From an uncultured Candidatus Rokubacteria bacterium (GTDB lineage Bacteria > Methylomirabilota > Methylomirabilia > Rokubacteriales > DASRDR01), in assembly GCA_963826115.1 (NCBI GenBank), contig CAWGVS010000006.1:448001-512000 (forward strand): 64,000 nucleotides of DNA, written 5' to 3'. Of this stretch, positions 26,012-35,490 are shown one piece after another. A program made the translations under genes and the position numbers. The notes under the pieces were generated by a model. The model saw only the letters and a list, made by a program, of their open reading frames with translations. It searched no databases and was not told where the DNA came from. Position 1 is the first letter of the stretch, and each line of letters begins with the position of its first letter.

Positions 26012-27678
26012 GACCGGTCGGCCGCCGGATCCGGCTCTTGCCCGGCCGCGCCGGTGTGGTGCAGGATCCGGTCGGCCAGGCGCCCCTCCGCGACCATGGC
26101 GCCCAGCGCGGCGCGCTGGATCTTGCCGCTCGAGGTCTTGGGAATGGTCTGGGGCCGGACCAGGAGGACCCGCGCGGGCCGGAGCCCGTTGCGCCGGTGG
26201 ACCGCCTGCGTCACGTCGTGGGCGATGCGGGCGAGCTCCTCGGGCCGGAGCCCGTCTCCGCGGACCTCGGCGACCACGTGGAGACGCTGGGTGCCGGTGC
26301 GCTCGCTCTCGATCCCGATGGCCGCCGAGTACCGGACGCCGGGGACGTGGTCCGCCGCCTCCTCCACGTCGGCGGGGACGACGTTCTGCCCGCGCACGAC
26401 GATGACGTCCTTGAGGCGCCCCGTGATGAAGAGGTAGCCCTCGGCGTCCAGGAAGCCGAGGTCGCCGGTGTGGAGCCACCCGTCGCGGAGGGCGCGGGCG
26501 GTGGCGTCGGGCTCGCGGTAGTAGCCCTGCATCACCCCGGGGCTCTGGACCAGGATCTCGCCCACCTCACCGGGCTGCGCCCGCTGGCTGTCGACAGGTC
26601 CGGCGATCTCGACCCGGACGCCCCGGCACGGCCGCCCGACCGACAGGAAGCTCCCGCTCGCGTCCGCGCGCACCGGCTGCCCCTGCGGCCACACCGCGAC
26701 GGCGAGGGTCGCCTCCGCGAGGCCGTACGCGGGCGCGAAGATGTCACCCACGCCGAACCGCTCCTGGAACGCGCGGATCGTCGACAGGCGCACCGGCTCC
26801 GCGCCCGAGAGCGCCATCCGGAGGCTCGACAGGTCGAGGCCCCGCGTGTCGTGGATGTGGCGGACGCAGTTGCGATACCCGAAGTCGGGCGACACGGTGA
26901 GGTGAGCGCGGTGCTCGGTGATCGCCTCGAGCCACGCGCGGGGGTCCCGGAGGTCCGGCGGGAGGAGCACGAGCCGCGCTCCCGTGTAGAGCGCGCCGAA
27001 CGCCAGGCCGATCAGGCCCATGTCGTGGTACAGCGGGAGCCAGCTCACCAGCGTGTCGGTTGGCGACACCGCCACGGCGTCGACCATCATCCGGACGGTG
27101 GCCATGACGTTCCGGTGGCTCAGCACGACGCCGCGCGGCACGGACGTGCTGCCGGACGTGTACTGGAGGAAGCAGGTCTCGTCCTCGCCGGCCGAGCACG
27201 GCGCGCCCACGGCGCGCCCGGTCTCGAGGAGGTCCGGCGTCAGGAGGTGACGGAGATCGGGCGCGTCGGCCCTCGCGGCCTCCACGTCGGCCCGGAACCA
27301 GTCGATCGTGACGACCGCCCGGGCCTCGCAGCTCCGGAGGACCTTGGCCTTGAGCTCGGGGTCGAGCGTCGGGTAGAGGGGCACGGGCACGGCGCCGATG
27401 GCGAGGGCCCCGAAGAAGGCGAAGAAGAACTCCTCGCACGTGGGGAGGATGATCGCCACCTTGTCGCCCGGGCCGATCCCCAGTGCCCGCAGCGCGCCGC
27501 CGTAGCGGAGCGTCGTCGCGTGGAGACGCCCCGCCGTCAGGGGCGTGCCGAAGAGAGTGAAGTAGACGCCGTCCGGCTCGGCCTCCGCGCGGCGCTGGAT
27601 CAACGCCGAGAGGGTCGGCACCTCGGCCGGGCGCCACTGCGGAGAGACCGTCGCGCCGGGCACGCTCGCGCGCGTCAT
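26008..27678 (-). CDS. Fatty acyl-AMP ligase-like adenylation enzyme
   Basis: FLQYTSGST, VSWLPLYHDMGLIG, YGLAEATL, LHTGDLG, GRLKD, PKTSSGKIQR; TGn-TAAACT 10 nt before the ATG. Confidence 0.85.
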   Translation of the reverse strand: MTRASVPGATVSPQWRPAEVPTLSALIQRRAEAEPDGVYFTLFGTPLTAGRLHATTLRYGGALRALGIGPGDKVAIILPTCEEFFFAFFGALAIGAVPVPLYPTLDPELKAKVLRSCEARAVVTIDWFRADVEAARADAPDLRHLLTPDLLETGRAVGAPCSAGEDETCFLQYTSGSTSVPRGVVLSHRNVMATVRMMVDAVAVSPTDTLVSWLPLYHDMGLIGLAFGALYTGARLVLLPPDLRDPRAWLEAITEHRAHLTVSPDFGYRNCVRHIHDTRGLDLSSLRMALSGAEPVRLSTIRAFQERFGVGDIFAPAYGLAEATLAVAVWPQGQPVRADASGSFLSVGRPCRGVRVEIAGPVDSQRAQPGEVGEILVQSPGVMQGYYREPDATARALRDGWLHTGDLGFLDAEGYLFITGRLKDVIVVRGQNVVPADVEEAADHVPGVRYSAAIGIESERTGTQRLHVVAEVRGDGLRPEELARIAHDVTQAVHRRNGLRPARVLLVRPQTIPKTSSGKIQRAALGAMVAEGRLADRILHHTGAAGQEPDPAADRS

Positions 27679-27734
27679 GGGTGAACGAAGTTTATCACCA
27701 GCGCTCCGGAGGGCTCGCCGACTCCGGGACGCGG

Positions 27735-28814
27735 CTAGTCCGCCCAGTCGGCGACGAAGACGTTGAACTCGCGGGGCTGGGCGGCTCCGCGGCTCGAGCA
27801 GAAGACCAGGCGGCAGCCGTCCGGGGAGAACATCGGGAACGAGGCAAACGACTCCGCGAAGGTGAGCCGCTCGAGGCCGCGCCCGTCGCGGCGCACCAGG
27901 TAGAGCGCGAAGTCGAACCGCCCGGGGTCGTGGAGGTTCGACGAGAACACGATCCGCTCGCCGTCGGGATGGAGGCAGGGCGCCCAGTTCGCCGCGCCGT
28001 TCGCCGTGACCTGGCGCACGCCGGCGCCGTCCGCCGCCATCACGAACAGCTCGGCGCGCGTCGGGCGGACCAGACCCTGCCGGAGGAGGGCGCGGTACTC
28101 CGCGAGCTCGGCCGGATCCGTCGGGTGCCAGCCCCGCCACACGATGTCCCGGCCGTCCCACGAGAAGAACGGCCCGCCGTCGTAGCCCGGCCGGTCCGTC
28201 AGCCGACGGACCCCGCCGCCATCGCCGTCCATGACGTAGAGGTCGAGGTCGCCGTCCCGCGTCGAGGCGAAGACGATCCGGCCGTCGGGCGCGATCGTCC
28301 CCTCCGCGTCGTACCCGGGGCTGCCGGCGAGCCGCCGGAGGTTGCCCCCGTCGGCGGCGCACGTGTAGAGGTCGTAGTCGTGGAGCGCCCACACGTATCC
28401 CCGCGAGCGGTCGGGCGCAGGGGGACAATCCGCGCCCGCGTGGTGCGTGGACGCATAGAGGATCCGCCGGCCGTCGGGCAGGAAGAACGCGCAGGTCGTG
28501 CGGCCGCGGCCGGTGGAGACGAGCCGCACGTCGCTCCCGTCCGCCGCCATGGTGAAGATCTGGTCGCAGGCGAACGGCGGGCGTGTCGACTGGAACACGA
28601 GCCGGGATCCCGCGCGGTCCCAGTACGCCTCGGCGTTCTGGCCGCCGAAGGTCAGCTGGCGGAGGCCGGCGAGATGGCGCTCCCGCGGGTCGGGCGCCGC
28701 GGTCGCCTGGGCCCGCGCGCCCCGGGCCGCGAGGTGCTCGCGGAGGACCGCCGCCGCGCCGCCGAGGCCGAGGCGAAGGATCGTCCGCCGGTCGAGACGG
28801 AGCCTCCCGGTCAC
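27735..28814 (-). CDS. TolB-like PD40 beta-propeller protein with Tat-type signal
   Basis: DRRTIL, RQLTFGGQNAEAY, GRTTCAFF, GYDAE, GYDGGPFFS, FPMFSPDG. Confidence 0.85.
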   Translation of the reverse strand: MTGRLRLDRRTILRLGLGGAAAVLREHLAARGARAQATAAPDPRERHLAGLRQLTFGGQNAEAYWDRAGSRLVFQSTRPPFACDQIFTMAADGSDVRLVSTGRGRTTCAFFLPDGRRILYASTHHAGADCPPAPDRSRGYVWALHDYDLYTCAADGGNLRRLAGSPGYDAEGTIAPDGRIVFASTRDGDLDLYVMDGDGGGVRRLTDRPGYDGGPFFSWDGRDIVWRGWHPTDPAELAEYRALLRQGLVRPTRAELFVMAADGAGVRQVTANGAANWAPCLHPDGERIVFSSNLHDPGRFDFALYLVRRDGRGLERLTFAESFASFPMFSPDGCRLVFCSSRGAAQPREFNVFVADWAD

Positions 28815-30628
28815 CGCCGCTCCTCGAGGGTGGCCTGGGCGGCGCGCTCGGCGCCGTCCCGCACGTAGCCCACCTCGACGGCGTCGCCCGCGCGGCGGCC
28901 GCGGAGCGCGAAGACGAAGTCGTCGAGGGTCCGGATCGTCACGCCGGCGAACCGCACGATGACGTCTCCGGCCCGGAGGCCCGCCTTGTCCGCCGGGCTG
29001 CCCGGCCGGACCCCGCCCAGGCGGACTCCGGGCTGCGGGGAATCGCCGAAGTCGGGGACCGCGCCGAAGTACGGGCCGTAGCCCGTGGGGCCGGCGCCCG
29101 CGCGCGGCGCCCCGCCGGGGACGCGGACGAACGCGGGGCGATCGTCCCGGTCGGCGAGCGCGCGGACGACCCGGTAGGCGACCGTCGCCACGGTCCGGAG
29201 CCCGTCGGCGTCGATCCGGTCCCAGGTGTCGCTCGGGCGGTGGTAGTCGCCGTGGGGCCCGGTGAAGAGGAACACGGCCGGCCGTTCGCGGTTGAGGAAG
29301 GCGGTGTGGTCGGACGGGCCGACGCCGTCGCCGCGCAGGGCGAGCGGGACGGGCAGCCCCTGGCCGGCCTGCTCCACCAGCGCGCGGAGCCCCTGGCCGG
29401 TATCGACGCCCATGACGTGGAGGCGGCCGTCGCGGAGGCGGCCCACGCTGTCGAGGTTGACCATCGCCACGGTCCGGTCGAGGGGAATCGCCGGCTGGCC
29501 CACGTAGTACGTGGACCCCAGGAGCCCGAGCTCCTCGCCGGAGAACGCGATCAGGACCAGGCTGCGCCGCGCCCCGCCCGACCGCGTGAAGGCCTCCGCG
29601 ATTCCGAGGAGCGCGGCGGTGCCGGAGGCGTTGTCGTCCGCGCCCGGATGGATCGCGTCGCCCTGCTCGGGCGCCAGGGAGAAGGGGCTGCCCCGCCCGA
29701 GGTGATCGTAATGGGCGCCGACCACGACCGCCTCGGCGCCGAGCGCGGAATCGGTGCCGGGCAGGAGGCCCACGACGTTCGCGGTCGCCCCGCGATCGCG
29801 CAGGAGCGCCGCCCGGATCCGCGCCCGCACGCCGGGGAGGGCGCGCGAGGCCGGCGCGCCGGTCCGGTCGATCTCCGCGTGGAGGCGCGCGAGGTCGAGC
29901 CCCGCCGGGATGAGCAGCGCGTCCGCGAGGGCGCGGTGCGCCGAGACCGCGACGATGCCCCAGGACGGCGTCGTGCCGCGGAGCGCCGCCAGCCGGTCGC
30001 CGCGCCCGGGATTCTCGACGACGATCACGGCGGCGGCGCCGTGCTCCCGCGCGTTCAGGACCTTGTGGCGGAGCTCCGTGTAGTGGAAGTGCTCGGCCGG
30101 CCGGAACGGCCCCCGGGGATCCGTCTCGCGCGGCTCGCCGGTCATGACGAGCACGGCCTTGCCGCGGACGTCGAGCCCCGCGTAGTCGTCGTAGCCGAGG
30201 GGCGGCGCGGTGATCCCGTAGCCGGCGAATGTCGCGTCGCCGGTGACGTCGGCGTCCGCCGAGAACGTGAACGGCAGGAAGTCCGCGCCCGCCGCGAACG
30301 CGCGTGGCGCCGCGCCGGGCGCCGTGACGTCGATCGCGCCCCCCGGCGCGACGCGCACGCCGGTCAGCACCTCGAAGCGCTGGAGGAAGGTCCCGCCATC
30401 ACCCGCGGGGCGGAGGCCGAGGCGGCGGAACTCGGCGACCAGGTAGGCGGCGGCCCGATCCGCGCCGGGCGTGCCCGCCGCGCGGCCCTCCATGGCGGGG
30501 TCGGTCAGGTCACGGACCCATCCGAGGAGCCGCGCCGCGTCGGGGATCGGCTCGGCCGCGCGGGCGAGCGCCGCCGCGGCGGCGACCGCGGCGAGGGCGA
30601 GGGCGAGGAGGAGCCGGGCGCGCGCCCT
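28811..30628 (-). CDS. M28 family peptidase with PA and PDZ domains (true start uncertain)
   Basis: MEGR, GYGITAP..YDDY, GAHYDHLG, GADDNASG, FSGEELGLLGS, SDH, DYHRPSD, C-terminal PDZ; an in-frame signal peptide extends upstream of ATG 30493 to about 30628. Confidence 0.85.
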   Translation of the reverse strand, partial: RARARLLLALALAAVAAAAALARAAEPIPDAARLLGWVRDLTDPAMEGRAAGTPGADRAAAYLVAEFRRLGLRPAGDGGTFLQRFEVLTGVRVAPGGAIDVTAPGAAPRAFAAGADFLPFTFSADADVTGDATFAGYGITAPPLGYDDYAGLDVRGKAVLVMTGEPRETDPRGPFRPAEHFHYTELRHKVLNAREHGAAAVIVVENPGRGDRLAALRGTTPSWGIVAVSAHRALADALLIPAGLDLARLHAEIDRTGAPASRALPGVRARIRAALLRDRGATANVVGLLPGTDSALGAEAVVVGAHYDHLGRGSPFSLAPEQGDAIHPGADDNASGTAALLGIAEAFTRSGGARRSLVLIAFSGEELGLLGSTYYVGQPAIPLDRTVAMVNLDSVGRLRDGRLHVMGVDTGQGLRALVEQAGQGLPVPLALRGDGVGPSDHTAFLNRERPAVFLFTGPHGDYHRPSDTWDRIDADGLRTVATVAYRVVRALADRDDRPAFVRVPGGAPRAGAGPTGYGPYFGAVPDFGDSPQPGVRLGGVRPGSPADKAGLRAGDVIVRFAGVTIRTLDDFVFALRGRRAGDAVEVGYVRDGAERAAQATLEERR

Positions 30629-31325
30629 ACCGGGGCAGGTCGATGCTGCGGAACGCCTCGGCGTACGTGTACCCGTGCGGCTTCCCGAGGTCGGCCGCGC
30701 GCTCGCGGACCCGGCCCTCGGCGCCGGCGAAATCCCGGAGCTGGCTCGCGTGGCACCGGAGCGCGTCGAGCTTCCGGTCGATGGTGGCCGTGATGTCGAG
30801 GACGACGTCCGGCTCGTCGTGGCCCATGAGGTAGACCTGGCGCGCCTTGTGCGGCTGCCATCCTTCGGCGAGCACCTCGGGGAAGTGCATCCGGTCCCGC
30901 GCGTAGGGATAGACGGCGTCGAGCGCCAGGCGGCCGGCGTGCCGGTGGTCGCGATGGCCCGAGTACGGGTTCAGGCTGGGGAACGGGTTCGTGGTGACGA
31001 CCCGATCGGGCCGGACCCGCCGGATCTCGCGCACGACGTCTCGCCGGGCCTCCCGCGTGTCCTCGAGCTCCCCATCGGGGTAGTTGAGGAACGTGACGCT
31101 CGTCACGCCGAGGACGTTCGCGGCCGCGCGCTGCTCGGCCTCGCGCACCGTCGCGAGGCGCTCCGCCGTCATCGCCGGATCGTCCGAGCCGCGGTTACCG
31201 CTCGTGAACAGGCAGTAGTGGACCTCGCAGCCGTCCGCGACCCAGCGCGCGACGCTGCCCCCGCAGCCGAACTCCGCGTCGTCGGGATGGGCTACCACCA
31301 CCAGGATTCGCCGGATGTCGGCCAT
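30627..31325 (-). CDS. PIG-L/LmbE family deacetylase
   Basis: AHPDDAE, RxAEQ, YPDGEL, HRDH, KLDALRCHASQ. Confidence 0.9.
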   Translation of the reverse strand: MADIRRILVVVAHPDDAEFGCGGSVARWVADGCEVHYCLFTSGNRGSDDPAMTAERLATVREAEQRAAANVLGVTSVTFLNYPDGELEDTREARRDVVREIRRVRPDRVVTTNPFPSLNPYSGHRDHRHAGRLALDAVYPYARDRMHFPEVLAEGWQPHKARQVYLMGHDEPDVVLDITATIDRKLDALRCHASQLRDFAGAEGRVRERAADLGKPHGYTYAEAFRSIDLPR

Positions 31326-31447
31326 GAACGCTCCCCGCGGGTGAGATATGCTGTCGTTCCGCATCACTCTACCATGCGGCTTGCGGGTGACCCCTCGCCG
31401 GCGGCGCCGGCGTCCGCGGTACACTGGGCGCGGAGGTGAGGGGCCCG

Positions 31448-32545
31448 ATGGAATCCGTTCTCGTCGCGGGCGGCGCCGGTTTCATCGGCTCGAACTTCGT
31501 CCGGCTGCTGCTCGCCCGCACGGACGCGCGCGTCGTCGTCCTGGACCGCCTCACCTACGCGGGCAACCTGGCGAGCCTCGCCGACGTGCGGTCGAACCCA
31601 CGCTTCGCGTTCGTCCAGGGCGACATCGCCGACCGCGAGCGGGTGGCGGCCCTGTTCCAGCAGCATCGCCCCGACGCCGTCGTGAACCTGGCCGCCGAGA
31701 CCCACGTGGACCGGTCGATCGACGGACCGCGCGCGTTCATCGAGACGAACCTGGTCGGCACGTTCGAGCTCCTGGACGCGGCGCGCCAGCACGTCGAGGG
31801 CCTCGAGCCTGCGCGCCGGGCCCGTTTCCGGCTCCTTCACGTGTCCACCGACGAGGTGTACGGGTCCCTCGGCCCCACGGGCCAGTTCGCCGAGACGAGC
31901 CCGTACGCCCCGAACTCGCCGTACGCGGCGTCCAAGGCGGGCGCCGACCACCTGGTGCGCGCGTACCACGAGACGTACCGGCTGCCGGCGCTCGTCACGA
32001 ACTGCTCGAACAACTACGGACCGTTCCAGTACCCGGAGAAGCTCATCCCGCTGATGACCCTGAATGCCGCCGAGGGCCGCCCGCTGCCGCTCTACGGCGA
32101 CGGCGGCAACGTGCGTGACTGGCTGCACGTCGAGGACCACTGCGCGGCACTCCTCCTGGTCCTGCGGAATGGCGTGCCGGGCGGTCGGTACAACGTGGGC
32201 GCGAGCGACGAGCGGACGAACCTCGAGATCGTCGACGGGATCTGCGCGGCGCTGGAGTCCATCCGCCCGGCGGCCGGCAACCCCGCGCTGGCCGGTCGCG
32301 GTGTCCCGCGCTACGCGGACCTCCGCACGTTCGTGCCCGACCGGCCCGGTCACGACCGCCGGTACGCGGTCGACGCGACGCGCCTCACGTCGGACCTGGG
32401 CTGGCGTCCCGCCCACCGCTTCCAGGAGGGCCTCCACGCCACGGTCCGGTGGTACCTCGAGCACCGCGAGTGGTGCGACACGGTGCTGGCGGGCAAGTAC
32501 ACGCGGGAGCGCCTGGGTCTGGGCGAGCAGGCCACGCCCCGCTGA
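31448..32545 (+). CDS. rfbB: dTDP-glucose 4,6-dehydratase
   Basis: GGAGFIGSNF, LTYAGN, AAETHVDRSI, VSTDEVYG, YAASK, NCSNNYGP, DRPGHDRRY. Confidence 0.95.
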   Translation: MESVLVAGGAGFIGSNFVRLLLARTDARVVVLDRLTYAGNLASLADVRSNPRFAFVQGDIADRERVAALFQQHRPDAVVNLAAETHVDRSIDGPRAFIETNLVGTFELLDAARQHVEGLEPARRARFRLLHVSTDEVYGSLGPTGQFAETSPYAPNSPYAASKAGADHLVRAYHETYRLPALVTNCSNNYGPFQYPEKLIPLMTLNAAEGRPLPLYGDGGNVRDWLHVEDHCAALLLVLRNGVPGGRYNVGASDERTNLEIVDGICAALESIRPAAGNPALAGRGVPRYADLRTFVPDRPGHDRRYAVDATRLTSDLGWRPAHRFQEGLHATVRWYLEHREWCDTVLAGKYTRERLGLGEQATPR

Positions 32546-32640
32546 GGGTCCTCGCCCGGGGACGGGCCGAGGCTCGTCTCTTTCTAACCGCGTTTCGAGC
32601 CGCGAATCCCGCCCTCGGGGCCCGGTCCAGGCACGTTTTC

Positions 32641-32670
32641 TTGACGGGAGGTATAACCGTGGTTTAACCT
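32641..32670 (+). promoter_or_regulatory. sigma70 promoter of the IclR gene
   Basis: TTGACG-N18-TAACCT in an AT-rich intergenic patch. Confidence 0.55.
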
Positions 32671-32693
32671 AATTGCTCGACTCCTGTTTGGCT

Positions 32694-33491
32694 ATGAAGA
32701 AAGCCAAGTCCGACTACCTGATCCAGTCAGTCAGCCGCGCGCTCGACATCCTCGAGGCGTTCACGCCCAACGAGGGGGAGCTCGGCGTCACGGAGCTCTC
32801 GCGGCGCCTCAAGCTTCACAAGAACAACGTCTTCCGGCTGCTGGCCACGCTCGAGACCCGGGGCTACGTGGAGCAGGACCGGGAGAGCGGCAACTACCGT
32901 CTCGGCATGAAGACCTTCGAGGTGGCGAACATCTTCACGCACCACCTCGGGCTCGTCCGCCAGGCCCGGCCCGTCCTCGAACAGCTGGCCCAGATGAGCG
33001 GCGAGGCGGCCTATCTCGGCGTGCTCGACGGCGCGTCGGTCGTCTGCGTCGACATGGTGGACACCGCCCAGCCCGTCCGCGTCGTGGCGCACCTCGGGCG
33101 CCGCCTGCCCGCGCACGCCTCGGCGCTCGGCAAGGCCCAGCTCGCGTACCGATCCCGCGAGGAGCGCGAGGAGATGTGGAAGCGCACGGCGCCCGCGAGC
33201 GCGACGGGGCGGACGATCGTCGACCCGTCACGGCTCGTCGAGGAGCTGGTGCGCGTGGCCGAGCGGGAGTGGGCGCTGGAGGACGAGGAGCTCGAGCCCG
33301 GCGTTCGCGGGCTGGCCGCCCCGATTCGCGACTACGCCCGCCGCGTCGTCGGCGCCATCGGCGTGCGCGGTCCCGCGTTCCGCCTGTCGCTCGAGCGCCT
33401 CGAGACCGAGCTCGCGCCGCGCGTTCGTGCCGCCGCCCGGGACGTGTCCAAGCGTCTCGGTTTCGCCGTCGTCACCACGAACGTCGATTGA
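32694..33491 (+). CDS. IclR family transcriptional regulator
   Basis: IQSVSRALDIL..GVTELSRRLKLHKNNVFRLLATL HTH; PAHASALGKA, EDEE..G..AAPI. Confidence 0.92.
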   Translation: MKKAKSDYLIQSVSRALDILEAFTPNEGELGVTELSRRLKLHKNNVFRLLATLETRGYVEQDRESGNYRLGMKTFEVANIFTHHLGLVRQARPVLEQLAQMSGEAAYLGVLDGASVVCVDMVDTAQPVRVVAHLGRRLPAHASALGKAQLAYRSREEREEMWKRTAPASATGRTIVDPSRLVEELVRVAEREWALEDEELEPGVRGLAAPIRDYARRVVGAIGVRGPAFRLSLERLETELAPRVRAAARDVSKRLGFAVVTTNVD

Positions 33492-33522
33492 CCGTCGCGA
33501 CGTCGGGCGTGAGCGGGCGGCG

Positions 33523-35412
33523 GTGACGGGCCCCGCCCCCAGCGCCGCCCGCGACGATCGCCGCGCCTTCCTCCAGTCCCGCCGCCGCGCACTTCGTGCG
33601 AGCGGGAGCGCCGTGGCGGCGCTCGGCGTGCTGGCGGCGCTCTTCGTCGCCCCGAACCGTCTGGCGAGTGTCCAGGTGGGCGGCGTCGCGCTCGCGTGGT
33701 GGGTGGCCGGTGTCGCCGCGCTGGCGGGGCTGGTCGCGCTCGGTCGCGGCTTTCGCGAGACCGGGTTCCCGGCCGTGACGCCTCGGACGTCCCCGCTCGG
33801 GCCGCTGGCCCTGGCCGCGGTCTGGAGCTCGCCGGCCCTCTGGCTCGGGCTGCCGCCGCTCGTGCTGGCCGACGGCACCCGCGGACTCTGGGCGCCGGCG
33901 GTGGTCGTCGGCGGCGCCGTCGTCGCGCTCCTCCTCCTGGGCACGTCGTGGAGCCGCACGGGCGGACTCGGGGCGCCCGCGTCGGCGCTCGCGCGCGCTC
34001 GTTGGCCGTCCGCGCGGGGCTGCCACGCGCTCCTCGTCACGATCGAGCTCCTCGTGGCGGGCCTGTTCGTCTGGGCCCAGCTTGCGGCGGCGCGCGAGGT
34101 CGGAACGATGGCCGGCTGGCCCCGCCTGGCCACGGTCGGCGTGACCGGCCTGATCGTCGTGGCGCTCTGCCTGCCGGAGCTCTCGCGCCTGCGGCTGACC
34201 GGGCTGGGGGCCGGGCTGGCGCTCGCGGGGCTCGCCGCGCCGCTCGTGGTCATCGCGCTCGGCACCACGACAGCCTGGCCCTTCGTGTGGAACGCGGTCG
34301 CCTCGCGGGCCCGGATCGGGTTCGGCGAGGGTAGCCGCTGGACGGCCGAGGGCGGGGCGGTGCGGGGGCCGGCGCCGACGCTCGCGCTCCGGTTCGCCGA
34401 CGAGCAGCGGGTGACGTTCGGCGCGCGGGGCTCGGTCGTGATCGAGCCGCGCGAGGGCGGCCGCCTTCAGCGCGAGGTCGACCGGGGCGACGAGATCGCG
34501 TTCCACCCCGGGGACCGTCTCGTCCTGCCCGGCGGATTCCCCCTCCGATTCGAGGCCGGCCGGCGGGTCCCCGACGCGCCCGATTCCGGGCCCGACTGGG
34601 TGGAGCCGCCGTCCCGGCCTGCCGGCTGGCTCTGGCTGACCGTGTTCGGCGTGACAGGCGTCCTCGGCGCGCTCGGGCTGCCGACGGGCGCCGGGCTCGC
34701 GGGGACGGGCCGCCTGTCGCCGGCGTGGTGCGCGCGGCTCGCCGCGATCCTCGTGGCGGCGGGCGTGGCCCTCGCGGTGGGCTGGAGTCTCTACGCGGCG
34801 TGGCTGACGCCCGAGGTGTACGTCGGCGGCGTCGCCGGGGCCGAGGTCTACGCGCTTCCGGCCAGCTTGCCGCGCCCGACCGCCTCGGTCCTGACCTGGC
34901 TCGTCTTCGGCGGCCTCGCCCTGGGCAGCGTGGCCGCGGCACTGGGAAGCCTGCGGGGGCTGGTCGACGGGCCGCGCCCCGCGCCGGGCGGCTCGACGTG
35001 GGTGCTCGCCCCGGTGCTCGTGGCGATCGCCGGCGCCTTGGCGTGCCTCACGTCGGTGGGGCCCTGGCCGCTGCTCCTCGCGGCGCTTGGCCTTGCCGCG
35101 TCCGGGCTCGCGCCCGCCGCGGTGCTGGCCTGCTGGAGCGAGCGCGCCACCGCGCGCGGCACCGCGAGCGGGGCCGGCGCGGGCCTGGCGGCGTTCCTCC
35201 TCCTGGTCGCCGCCGGCGCCCTGAGCCCTGTGGAGCCGCCGGACGCCTGGGCGACCGTCGCCCTGGCGGCGCCGGCCGTCGTCGCCGTGCCGCTACACCT
35301 CCTGATCGTGTGGATCGCGAGGGCGCGCGCGGTGCCGTCGGCCCGGAGCCCGCTGCCCCCCGGCCTCGAGGGCTTCGGGGACGCGCTCCCGGCGCCGCCG
35401 CGGTCCGGCTGA
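33523..35412 (+). CDS. Degenerate sodium:solute symporter (ActP-like) with fused small membrane subunit
   Basis: [29 protein letters not shown] and FVWAQL echo ActP TM motifs; C-terminal [23 protein letters not shown]; start uncertain. Confidence 0.55.
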   Translation: MTGPAPSAARDDRRAFLQSRRRALRASGSAVAALGVLAALFVAPNRLASVQVGGVALAWWVAGVAALAGLVALGRGFRETGFPAVTPRTSPLGPLALAAVWSSPALWLGLPPLVLADGTRGLWAPAVVVGGAVVALLLLGTSWSRTGGLGAPASALARARWPSARGCHALLVTIELLVAGLFVWAQLAAAREVGTMAGWPRLATVGVTGLIVVALCLPELSRLRLTGLGAGLALAGLAAPLVVIALGTTTAWPFVWNAVASRARIGFGEGSRWTAEGGAVRGPAPTLALRFADEQRVTFGARGSVVIEPREGGRLQREVDRGDEIAFHPGDRLVLPGGFPLRFEAGRRVPDAPDSGPDWVEPPSRPAGWLWLTVFGVTGVLGALGLPTGAGLAGTGRLSPAWCARLAAILVAAGVALAVGWSLYAAWLTPEVYVGGVAGAEVYALPASLPRPTASVLTWLVFGGLALGSVAAALGSLRGLVDGPRPAPGGSTWVLAPVLVAIAGALACLTSVGPWPLLLAALGLAASGLAPAAVLACWSERATARGTASGAGAGLAAFLLLVAAGALSPVEPPDAWATVALAAPAVVAVPLHLLIVWIARARAVPSARSPLPPGLEGFGDALPAPPRSG

Positions 35413-35490
35413 GGACCCGCCCGGCCGGCCGTCGGAGCCCCGCGCGGTTGCGTTCGCCGGGAGCGTCGGCAAGAATGGATCGTCACCGCC

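Noticed and set aside
32629-32646. GGCACG..TTG sigma54-like box before IclR
   Set aside because: Lacks GC at -12 with correct spacing; better explained as a sigma70 -35 box.
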